From IMG/VR virus record IMGVR_UViG_3300033981_002233, positions 1 to 24,015 of that record: a stretch of DNA of 24,015 nucleotides. One strand, given 5' to 3'. This DNA comes from a virus. Taxonomy: Duplodnaviria > Caudoviricetes. The notes below the pieces were generated by a model. The model was not told the DNA's origin, did no database searches, and saw nothing but the letters and a program-made list of their open reading frames with translations. Shown here piece by piece: positions 1-6,998 of this stretch; the first letter of the stretch is position 1, and the number at the start of each line of letters is the position of its first letter. Both the position numbers and the translations under genes were made by a program.

Positions 1-1680
1 GGGCGGTTGTTCGTTAATGCGAGTGGGAATGTTGGGGTGGGCACTACGAGCCCTAGCTTTTTGCTTACTTGCGCCACAAGCGCAGATGGCGTTGATGGAG
101 TATCAGTCGAATCTCCAAGCCTTAATGGCGTCATCCGTTTGCGGGCTGATGGAACAAACGGAAACGCTATTCGGGTGGGAGGCGTAGGCGCTCAAGGGAA
201 TACTCTTCGTTTTCTTGTTGGATCAGACGTAGAACGCATGCGTATCGACTCCAGTGGGCGCTTAGGTCTGGGGACTACTTCGCCTGATGCGAATAGCCAG
301 CTTCATGTTGTTGGATCCAGTTATCAACCTTTATACATTAATACCACTGGCACTGGTGGGGGTGGCGCAGCGTTTCTTCGCTCAGGCACTCAAGCCCTTT
401 ATGTGGGCACCGCTGGGGGGAGCTGGCTTACTGGGTCTTCGACCGCAGATGGACTTATTCGATCAGAAGCAAATCTCATTTTTGGTATTGGCAACAGCGA
501 ACGCATGAGGATTGACTCCTCAGGTCGAGTAGGGATTGGCACTACTGCGCCTGCTACAACACTTGAAGTAAATGGAACAAGTTATGTTACGGATTTATTG
601 ATTCGCAATAATGCTGGAACTCCATCCTTGGGAACATCGCCTTGGCTGTATTCACCTGCCAGTGGGGCTTTAGCTATTGCCACCAATGCTAGTGAGCGCG
701 TGCGCATCGACAGCTCCGGCAGGCTCTTAGTTGGCACGTCTTCTGCCTCTAGCGCAGGTGCTTACGCGCAGTTTGGTCTAATCAAGATCCAAGGCAATAC
801 TTCGTCGTCAGGCGGATCAGCAATCCTCAATATCGCAAGGGGTGAAACCGCAACATCTATCACAAGCGGCGAAGACCTTGGCGCAATTTCATTCACAGAT
901 AGCAGCGGAAACGAGTTCGGCACTATCGTCTGCGCGGCTGATGGAACCGCTGGATCGAATGACTATCCGGGCCGCCTAGTGTTCTCCACTACCGCCGATG
1001 GAGCGAGCAGCCCGACGGAGCGGATGAGGATTACGAGCGCAGGAAATGCTTACATTGGTCGAATTGCTGACGGCGATGGACAAGGAATTTCATTACATGC
1101 AGATGGTTTTGTCAGGATCAATCGCAGCAGCGCAGTTCCTTTAGTTGTAAATAGAAACGGAGATGACGGAACTCTTGTCGAACTACGCCAAGCAGACGTA
1201 GTTGAAGGCACTATTTCTGTTTCCGGAACTACTGTTCAACTCAACGGCGCTCACCTTTCTCGCTGGTCCCAGCTTCTTAATGGCGGGCGCGAAGATATTC
1301 TGCGCGGCACTGTGCTAAGCAATCTGGATGAGATGTGCGAGTGGGGTGATCAAGATAATGAACAACTCAACCGCATGAAGGTTTCTGACGTTGAAGGTGA
1401 CCCGAACGTGTCTGGCGTGTTTGTCGATTGGGACAACGACGACGACACCTACACCGAAGACTTCTACTGCGCGATGACAGGTGACTTCATCATCCGCATT
1501 GCCGAAGGTGTCACGGTGCAGCGGGGCGACCTGCTGATGTCCGCTGGTGATGGAACCGCTAAACCGCAGGACGACGACATTGTCCGCAGCAAGACCATCG
1601 CCAAAGTGACCAGCACTCACGTCACCTGCACTTACGAGGATGGCAGCTACTGCGTGCCTTGCGTGCTGATGGCTTGCTAA
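1..1680 (+). CDS. Modular tail fibre / receptor-binding protein, 5'-truncated, with a putative C-terminal intramolecular chaperone (peptidase G2-like)
   Basis: Frame is open from base 1 (GRLFVNASG...). Repeated ERMRIDSSGRxGxGTT junction motifs separate variable G/S/T-rich modules. The C-terminal ~140 aa (...VQRGDLLMSAGDGTAKPQDDDIVRSKTIAKVTS...) resemble phage fibre auto-cleaving chaperone domains. Confidence 0.85.
   Translation, partial: GRLFVNASGNVGVGTTSPSFLLTCATSADGVDGVSVESPSLNGVIRLRADGTNGNAIRVGGVGAQGNTLRFLVGSDVERMRIDSSGRLGLGTTSPDANSQLHVVGSSYQPLYINTTGTGGGGAAFLRSGTQALYVGTAGGSWLTGSSTADGLIRSEANLIFGIGNSERMRIDSSGRVGIGTTAPATTLEVNGTSYVTDLLIRNNAGTPSLGTSPWLYSPASGALAIATNASERVRIDSSGRLLVGTSSASSAGAYAQFGLIKIQGNTSSSGGSAILNIARGETATSITSGEDLGAISFTDSSGNEFGTIVCAADGTAGSNDYPGRLVFSTTADGASSPTERMRITSAGNAYIGRIADGDGQGISLHADGFVRINRSSAVPLVVNRNGDDGTLVELRQADVVEGTISVSGTTVQLNGAHLSRWSQLLNGGREDILRGTVLSNLDEMCEWGDQDNEQLNRMKVSDVEGDPNVSGVFVDWDNDDDTYTEDFYCAMTGDFIIRIAEGVTVQRGDLLMSAGDGTAKPQDDDIVRSKTIAKVTSTHVTCTYEDGSYCVPCVLMAC
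30..48 (+). repeat. Candidate recombination site A1 (TGTTG-GGGTGGGCA-CTACG)
   Basis: Degenerate TAG-N9-CTA copy (TTG) encoding VGVGTT; same codon phase as A2 and A3. Confidence 0.5.
261..279 (+). repeat. Candidate recombination site A2 (CTTAG-GTCTGGGGA-CTACT)
   Basis: Exact TAG-N9-CTAC; arms identical to the intergenic site at 1685-1703; encodes LGLGTT. Confidence 0.65.
528..546 (+). repeat. Candidate recombination site A3 (AGTAG-GGATTGGCA-CTACT)
   Basis: Perfect 5-bp inverted arms around a 9-bp spacer; encodes VGIGTT. Its reverse complement matches 1685-1703 at 13/19 positions. Confidence 0.65.
975..993 (+). repeat. Candidate recombination site B1 (CCTAG-TGTTCTCCA-CTACC)
   Basis: Exact TAG-N9-CTAC encoding a different peptide (LVFSTT) in the same codon phase; pyrimidine-rich spacer. 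Confidence 0.6.
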
Positions 1681-1684
1681 ACCT

Positions 1685-1703
1685 CTTAGTCCTACTCTCT
1701 ACT
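1685..1703 (+). repeat. Candidate recombination site B2 (CTTAG-TCCTACTCT-CTACT)
   Basis: Intergenic, 4 bp after the fibre stop codon; exact TAG-N9-CTAC, so not explained by protein coding. Confidence 0.65.
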
Positions 1704-1725
1704 GGGCTTGACGCCGTGTTGTAAT

Positions 1726-1765
1726 GTGGTAGGGCAGCGAGTTTCCGGCTCCTGCCCACGGCCAC
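1726..1765 (+). promoter_or_regulatory. Structured leader hairpin upstream of the 57-aa ORF
   Basis: GGGCAG/CTGCCC and GAG/CTC stems around TTTCCGG, with outer GTGGT/GCCAC. TTGACG (1708) and TAATGT (1722) lie just upstream. Confidence 0.4.
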
Positions 1766-1780
1766 AGTTCCCCAAAAACC

Positions 1781-1954
1781 ATGACCAAACAAGAATATCG
1801 TGGCTCGCCCCACACATCTTGGGCTAAAGACGGAAAAGTCTTTTTAGCCAATGAAGAAGACAGTTACTACACCGAAGAGTTCCGAAGCCGCGAAGAACTG
1901 GAAGTCTTTATCCAGGAGTTGCGTGCCACCGCTGATAAAGCGTGGCCAAGCTGA
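1781..1954 (+). CDS. Hypothetical 57-aa acidic protein (MTKQEYRGSPHTSWAKDGKVFLANEEDSYYTEEFRSREELEVFIQELRATADKAWPS)
   Basis: Manually translated (not in the ORF track); ATG..TGA; fills the gap between sites B2 and B3. Confidence 0.75.
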   Translation: MTKQEYRGSPHTSWAKDGKVFLANEEDSYYTEEFRSREELEVFIQELRATADKAWPS

Positions 1955-1972
1955 TTAACCATTCCCCCTTAA
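1954..1972 (+). repeat. Candidate recombination site B3 (ATTAA-CCATTCCCC-CTTAA)
   Basis: Degenerate copy (TAA-N9-CTT) overlapping the last base of the 57-aa ORF stop; pyrimidine-rich spacer. Confidence 0.45.
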
Positions 1973-1977
1973 CGCTC

Positions 1978-2298
1978 ATGACGCGCTCCTTTTGGGAACT
2001 CACCAAGGGCTTCAATGCTGAGCGCCGGGAGCGCATAGAGCAGCGTAAAATTGAATTACGCCATGTGTCAAAACAAAGCCAGGAGCCGCTTTCCCAAGGT
2101 GTGGTGGAGCGCGACCCCGCGATCTGCTCGGGACAGCTTGTATTTAGCGGCACGCGGATTCCCGTGGCCGTGGTGGTGGAGCAATTGCGTGCTGGCGTCT
2201 CTCCCACAGAACTGCAGGAAGACTTTCCTCAACTTAGCCGCACCGCGCTGGACTACGCGGAGATCCAGGCCCAACACGCCAAAGACCAGCTTCAGTAG
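1978..2298 (+). CDS. DUF433-family protein (antitoxin-like HTH)
   Basis: VERDPAICSGQLVFSGTRIPVAVVVEQLRAGVSPTELQEDFPQL is the DUF433 signature. ATG 1978 preferred over GTG 1942, which overlaps the upstream gene. Confidence 0.85.
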   Translation: MTRSFWELTKGFNAERRERIEQRKIELRHVSKQSQEPLSQGVVERDPAICSGQLVFSGTRIPVAVVVEQLRAGVSPTELQEDFPQLSRTALDYAEIQAQHAKDQLQ

Positions 2299-2312
2299 TT
2301 GCTTTCGATACC
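2294..2312 (+). repeat. Candidate recombination site B4 (AGTAG-TTGCTTTCG-ATACC)
   Basis: Left arm AGTAG contains the DUF433 stop codon; right arm ATACC is one mismatch from CTACC. Confidence 0.5.
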
Positions 2313-2321
2313 AAGCATGGG

Positions 2322-2350
2322 TTGACAGCTTCTGTACAAGCGACTAGTCT
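2322..2350 (+). promoter_or_regulatory. Sigma70-type promoter of the recombinase
   Basis: TTGACA-17bp-TAGTCT, ending 21 bp before ATG 2372. Confidence 0.7.
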
Positions 2351-2371
2351 GGCCGTCTTCGCCCTCAAACC

Positions 2372-3226
2372 ATGCCCACCACTCTTGCGGAGCTTTGGAG
2401 TGCCTTCTTGGAAGAGCGCTCCATTTCTCTATGTCCAACCAGCTTGACTTCCGACTACAGGCAAGTAACAAAATGGTTAAAGCGTTGCCCAATTCAAGAC
2501 TTAAATGAAGCACGCAAAATCATGATTTGGGTGTTGGGAGAAAAGCCGGTGCTTTCTTCTAGACGCGTCGCAATGTATGCAAAAACAATGTTTCGCTGGG
2601 CAGCACAAGAAGACGTGGGTTACTTGGACAAGAATCCTCTTGCAAGCTTTAAAATGCCTAAAGCTCCGCAAAGAAACGAGGAAATTGTTGTAATTCCGCG
2701 AGATGAAGTGGGATTAGTCCTTGCAGCACTAGAAGCCAAGCAAACTTATAAAAATGTTAACTGGACTTGGTATACAGAATTTATGCTTCAAACCGCCATG
2801 CGAACTGGTGAAGTAAGAGCATTGCGATGGGACGATATCAAGGACAACAAGATTCTTGTGCATCAAAACTGGACCCTTACGCATGGATTAAAAGATAGTA
2901 CTAAAACAAACAAAAAGCGATGGGTGCCATTGAACAATAAATGTCAAGAAATTATGGCGCAACTTTCTCAAGACAATGAATATATTTTTCCATGGGATCG
3001 CTTGGCGTTTCAGAGTTATTTTCGTAAAAAACTGCAGCCATTACACCAAGCAGAGTTAATTAGTCATGCTTATCGCCCTTATGATTGCAGGCACACCGCG
3101 ATTAGCCGCTGGATTGAGGCGGGCATTCCAGTGCCACAGGTGGCAAACTGGGCTGGTAATACCAGTGAAATTATTTTTAAGCATTATTGCAATACCACCA
3201 AGGAGTACGAAATGCCGGAGCTGTAA
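2372..3226 (+). CDS. Tyrosine recombinase (core-binding + catalytic domains, no arm-binding domain)
   Basis: TAMRTGE (R144), STKT (K178), YDCRH (Y237-x-x-R240), WAGNT (N263), KHY (Y272); DKNPL linker; 284 aa. Confidence 0.93.
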   Translation: MPTTLAELWSAFLEERSISLCPTSLTSDYRQVTKWLKRCPIQDLNEARKIMIWVLGEKPVLSSRRVAMYAKTMFRWAAQEDVGYLDKNPLASFKMPKAPQRNEEIVVIPRDEVGLVLAALEAKQTYKNVNWTWYTEFMLQTAMRTGEVRALRWDDIKDNKILVHQNWTLTHGLKDSTKTNKKRWVPLNNKCQEIMAQLSQDNEYIFPWDRLAFQSYFRKKLQPLHQAELISHAYRPYDCRHTAISRWIEAGIPVPQVANWAGNTSEIIFKHYCNTTKEYEMPEL

Positions 3227-3262
3227 TTTGCTCTTACAATAAAGCAGGCTATTTTGTTAATC

Positions 3263-3583
3263 ATGGCTTCTTCCATTGAATTTACTTGGGGCGTCGCTAA
3301 TCTTGAGCGCACGCTGTCAGATGGTGTAGTGTACACCATTCATTACACCATTGATGCTTTTGACGGTACTTACCGTTCGGGGGCGTATGGCTCTCTCGGT
3401 CTTGAACCGCCTGAGCCCGACTCGCTTATTCCGTATGCTGATCTCACTGCTGAAATGGTAGTGGAATGGACGAAGGAGAAAATTGGCGAGGAGAAAGTGG
3501 CTGAAATTGAAGCCGCTCTTGCCGCTCAAATTCAGCAACAAATTGCCCCGACCACGGGCGCCGGCGTGCCTTGGGCTAGCTAA
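3263..3583 (+). CDS. Conserved phage protein, possible tail-fibre-associated/assembly protein
   Basis: FTWGVANLER...YGSLGL...IPYADLTAEMVVEWTK...GVPW resembles small proteins encoded next to phage fibres; ATG 3263 preferred. Confidence 0.65.
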   Translation: MASSIEFTWGVANLERTLSDGVVYTIHYTIDAFDGTYRSGAYGSLGLEPPEPDSLIPYADLTAEMVVEWTKEKIGEEKVAEIEAALAAQIQQQIAPTTGAGVPWAS

Positions 3584-3607
3584 TATAGTGCTTTCGCACG
3601 TCCACCA

Positions 3608-3745
3608 TTGGCCGTAAAAAGCAAAGTTGGCGCTTCTTCGTCAAAGCGCATTATCATCCGCAAGCCCAAAACCACGAAGCAAGGGCAAGGAAAAAATAGC
3701 AAAGCTTCTCATGGGCGCAAGCTCATGCGAGGTCAAGGTAAATAA
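3608..3745 (+). CDS. Small basic protein, 45 aa (MAVKSKVG...KTTKQGQGKNSK...RKLMRGQGK)
   Basis: Manually translated, TTG start. The RGQGK C-terminus resembles a small cyanophage protein family; a terminator follows directly. Confidence 0.7.
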   Translation: MAVKSKVGASSSKRIIIRKPKTTKQGQGKNSKASHGRKLMRGQGK

Positions 3746-3750
3746 AGCCA

Positions 3751-3778
3751 AGGGAGAGCAATGCTCTCCTTTTTTCTT
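3751..3778 (+). terminator. Intrinsic terminator
   Basis: GGAGAGC-AAT-GCTCTCC followed by TTTTTTCTT. Confidence 0.8.
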
Positions 3779-3834
3779 GTTTAAAACAATGCAAGGCTAT
3801 AATAAAACAAAACAGTTGGGGAGAAAAGGGAGAA

Positions 3835-4176
3835 ATGTATTATCCCGCCACTTACAACATAGTGGTGCTGCAAAACTCCACTTACCGCATGCAGATTACT
3901 GCTACGCAAAGCGGCGGCACTCCCATCAATCTTTCTGGATATACCATTGATAGCGATATTTGCGGCGCATTGGACGGAGAAATTGTTGCAAGTTTTGTAC
4001 CAGCTATTACAAATGCAGCTAGCGGAATTTTTCAATTGACATTGGCGCCAAGTGTTTCTAGCGGACTGGAAGTAGGAATTTATAATTATGACGTGAGTGC
4101 CACGCAAGCCGGTGGAGATCGTTATTACTGGCTAAAAGGCGTTTGCACTGTTTCCGGCACTTGTTCTAGGAATTAA
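3835..4176 (+). CDS. Virion adaptor protein (BppU-N/Ig-like), paralog of 6253-6591
   Basis: TPINLSGYTI...ASGIFQLTL...YNYDV...RYYWLKG motifs. Confidence 0.7.
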   Translation: MYYPATYNIVVLQNSTYRMQITATQSGGTPINLSGYTIDSDICGALDGEIVASFVPAITNAASGIFQLTLAPSVSSGLEVGIYNYDVSATQAGGDRYYWLKGVCTVSGTCSRN

Positions 4177-4178
4177 TC

Positions 4179-4994
4179 ATGCCCGATATCATTCTTACTG
4201 TTGTTAGTGGTGAGCCAGTTGCTATTGGTTTGTCCATCCCTGGCGTGCAAGGACCGATGGGACAGAGTACGTTGCCGTCTGGCGGTAGCGTGGGGCAAAT
4301 TATTGCCAAGGCTACAAGCGTAGATTATGACGCATCGTGGACTTCCACGGCTTCTGGCCTGACGCTTCGTAATTCAACTATTTCCGGCACCACTGTTTTA
4401 GGGACCATTTCTGGCGGCACTTATCAAGCGGCAACAATTACTGGCGCCACGATTAATGGGCCAACAATTAATGGAGGCACGGCCAATGGCACGGCATTGT
4501 CCAATGCAATTGTTGATCAATGCACTCTTGACAATTCAACGTTTGAAGACGGCACAATTTTCAACGTAACGCTTTCCGGCACCATCACTAACGTAGCCAC
4601 AGTTAGCAGTGGCACTTATAACAATGCAGTTATCACTTCCCCAACTATTTCTGGCGGCACATTAAACAATGTCACAATTAATTCGCCAACAGTATCCGGA
4701 GGTACTTTTGCTTCTTCCACAGTCAATTCCCCCACGCTTTCAGGAGGCACTTTAGCCGCCACCAGTATTTCGTCTTCCGCTTTAATTTTTCCAACCATTT
4801 CTGGAACCATCACTGCTTCTGGAGGCGTAACGATTTTTGCCAGTGGCGCATCGATGGGCTTCTTTGGCGCATCGCCCGTCGTCTGTCCATCTGGCATCTC
4901 CATTCCTAGTGGCGGTTCTTCCACTGCTGAAGTATTGACGGCCCTAAGCGGCGTCATTCTTGCCTTGCAAAATCTTGGCCTTATTCGTGCATAA
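4179..4994 (+). CDS. Fibre/spike-like protein with pentapeptide beta-helix-like repeats
   Basis: GVQGPMG and PSGGSVGQIIAK...YDASW N-terminus; many SPTISGGT-type repeats; C-terminal ALQNLGLI helix. Confidence 0.7.
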   Translation: MPDIILTVVSGEPVAIGLSIPGVQGPMGQSTLPSGGSVGQIIAKATSVDYDASWTSTASGLTLRNSTISGTTVLGTISGGTYQAATITGATINGPTINGGTANGTALSNAIVDQCTLDNSTFEDGTIFNVTLSGTITNVATVSSGTYNNAVITSPTISGGTLNNVTINSPTVSGGTFASSTVNSPTLSGGTLAATSISSSALIFPTISGTITASGGVTIFASGASMGFFGASPVVCPSGISIPSGGSSTAEVLTALSGVILALQNLGLIRA

Positions 4995-4996
4995 TT

Positions 4997-6220
4997 ATGG
5001 GACAAATTATTGCCAACAACGAACAGTTTGAAACTCACATTCAAGCTGATTGGCGCGGACAACTTTTACAAACAGGACCAGACAGTGGCGTTGTAGATGC
5101 ATTTGGCAGGGCTCGCACCAGTTCTCCTTATACGCTGTTTGATAGCACAATGCGCTATGACAAACGGCCCGATCAATGGTTTGACAAAATTGTTGGTAGT
5201 GGTACATCCACGTTTTTAACCAATCAAAGCAGTGTGGCAATGGCTACCACCACTGCTTCTGGCGACACTGTTTTGCGCCGGACAAAACAAAATTTTCCTT
5301 ACCAAGCAGGGAAAAGCATGATGATGCTACAGAGCTTTGTTGGCTCTACTCCCACTGCTGGTTTAATTCAAGAAGTGGGGCTATTTAATGATTCTGATGG
5401 GGTGATGTTTAGGGCTAGTGGCACTACTTTGCAGTTTGTCATTAGAAGCAATGCCTCTGGCAGCGTGGTGGAAGATGTGGTCAATCAAAGCGCCTGGAAT
5501 CTTAATACATTGTCTAGCTTGGATATTTCTAAGGCTCAAATTTTCACCGCCGATCTTGAATGGCTTGGAGTGGGAAGAGTGCGTTGTGGTTTTATTATTA
5601 ACGGCGAAATTGTTTATTGCCACGAATTCAATCATTACAACACGCTTTCCTCTGTTTATATGACAACGGCTATTTTGCCATTGTCCTATCGCATTCACAA
5701 TGCTTCGGCTCAGGCGTCTGGTCATACGTTTAAACATATTTGTTGCAGCATTTTAAGCGAGGGCGGCTATGAACCAGATGGTCCTATTTATTCCATTGCC
5801 CATGATATTGGCTCTGTTCCTAATACATCTGGAGAACGTATCACTGCTGGCATTCGCATGGCTAGTGGCCGCACTGGTAATGTAATTTTGCCTGTAAAAA
5901 TTTCAACTACTGTTGGAACAAGTGATATTGTTTTGTGGCGTCTGCGTCTCAATCCAACCATCACTGGAACATCGTGGCAGGCCGCTAATAATGGCAGAGG
6001 AAACGTGGAAACAATTGCCAGTGGCACTGTGAGCGGCGGCACGATTATTGATTCTGGTTTTGTTGCACAAGGAAGCGCTATTAACTACACAATTGGAGAA
6101 GCCATTCGTTTGTCTTTAGGACAAAACGCTTCAGGTGTAAGCGACACGCTTGTGCTTACTGTGGACAGCGATACAAGCGCTAAGGCCCTTGGACTGATTG
6201 GCTGGGTAGAAGTGGTTTAA
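4997..6220 (+). CDS. Putative virion structural protein, 407 aa
   Basis: Long beta-rich ORF tightly coupled within the tail cluster; DAFGRARTSSPYTLFDS and DLEWLGVGRVRCGF motifs. Confidence 0.7.
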   Translation: MGQIIANNEQFETHIQADWRGQLLQTGPDSGVVDAFGRARTSSPYTLFDSTMRYDKRPDQWFDKIVGSGTSTFLTNQSSVAMATTTASGDTVLRRTKQNFPYQAGKSMMMLQSFVGSTPTAGLIQEVGLFNDSDGVMFRASGTTLQFVIRSNASGSVVEDVVNQSAWNLNTLSSLDISKAQIFTADLEWLGVGRVRCGFIINGEIVYCHEFNHYNTLSSVYMTTAILPLSYRIHNASAQASGHTFKHICCSILSEGGYEPDGPIYSIAHDIGSVPNTSGERITAGIRMASGRTGNVILPVKISTTVGTSDIVLWRLRLNPTITGTSWQAANNGRGNVETIASGTVSGGTIIDSGFVAQGSAINYTIGEAIRLSLGQNASGVSDTLVLTVDSDTSAKALGLIGWVEVV

Positions 6221-6252
6221 TTTGCTTACAATGAAAGAAAGGGCATTTTGAA

Positions 6253-6591
6253 ATGATTGTTCCCGGCAAGCACGATATTACAATCTATCAAGGCGCCACT
6301 TTTGAGCTGCAAGTGCAATATAAGGACAATGCTGGCACGCCCGTCAACATGAGCGGCTATACAATTGCTTCTAAGCTATATGATCGTTTGGGGATTAATA
6401 AACTCGCGGATTTTACAGTTTCTTACGTGAGCCAGGCTAGTGGTATTTTTAAAATTCGCTTGGCGGCTTCCGGGACAAGTGGCATCACTGAACAAGGGCA
6501 ATATGATGTTTTAATTACTGAACCCAGCAATGATGCTTATTATATTTTGGAGGGCAATGCATATTTAAATCCTGGGCTAAGCTATAAATGA
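6253..6591 (+). CDS. Virion adaptor protein (BppU-N/Ig-like), paralog of 3835-4176
   Basis: DITIYQGATF...TPVNMSGYTI...ASGIFKIRL...QYDVL...YYILEG. Confidence 0.72.
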   Translation: MIVPGKHDITIYQGATFELQVQYKDNAGTPVNMSGYTIASKLYDRLGINKLADFTVSYVSQASGIFKIRLAASGTSGITEQGQYDVLITEPSNDAYYILEGNAYLNPGLSYK

Positions 6592-6998
6592 CAGTTATTG
6601 TTCAAGAAAGCAATAGTACAGTCGATGTGACGGAAGAAAATGCTTCTGTCATCATTGTTGATCAAGCTGGCAATGAAATAGTTGTCACGGCAAATGATGT
6701 CCCAATTGTTGCCATTGGAGCATCGTCTTCTGTTGAATTAGATTTCTTTGGCAATGGTCCTCAAGGCGTGCCTGGCCCTGGAATCATTCCTAGTGGAACC
6801 ACTGGGCAAGTGTTGGCAAAAACAAGCAATGCAAATTATGACACGCAATGGAAAACGCTAAATATTGCTGATTTAGCCGATGTCAATGTGAGCGCTAAAA
6901 CCAATGGTAGCGTGCTTGTTTATGATGGAAATAGTCAACAGTTTGTTGCTAATTCTTCTTTCACTTCATTGTCTTTGACTGACGGGGGTAATTACTAA
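6588..6998 (+). CDS. Short fibre/connector protein
   Basis: GPQGVPG, PSGTTGQVLAK...YDTQW, DLADVNV...NGSVLVYD; C-terminal DGGNY; ATGA overlap with the upstream gene. Confidence 0.7.
   Translation: MTVIVQESNSTVDVTEENASVIIVDQAGNEIVVTANDVPIVAIGASSSVELDFFGNGPQGVPGPGIIPSGTTGQVLAKTSNANYDTQWKTLNIADLADVNVSAKTNGSVLVYDGNSQQFVANSSFTSLSLTDGGNY

Noticed and set aside
669-687. TTTAG-CTATTGCCA-CCAAT as another site
   Set aside because: Same phase, but the right arm is poorly matched and the LAIATN peptide could explain it; at most a decayed copy.
1-1680. Diversity-generating retroelement acting on the fibre
   Set aside because: No reverse transcriptase and no TR/VR pair differing at adenines in the window.
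1622-1813. Minus-strand ORF through site B2 as a silent inverted fibre C-terminus (classic shufflon)
   Set aside because: Reading through inverted B2 gives VESRTKRFSKP..., which is short and not fibre-like. No inverted ERMRI/GIGT modules were seen, so simple inversion switching is unsupported.
3627-3950. 107-aa track ORF
   Set aside because: Crosses a terminator and overlaps two better-supported genes (3608-3745 and 3835-4176).
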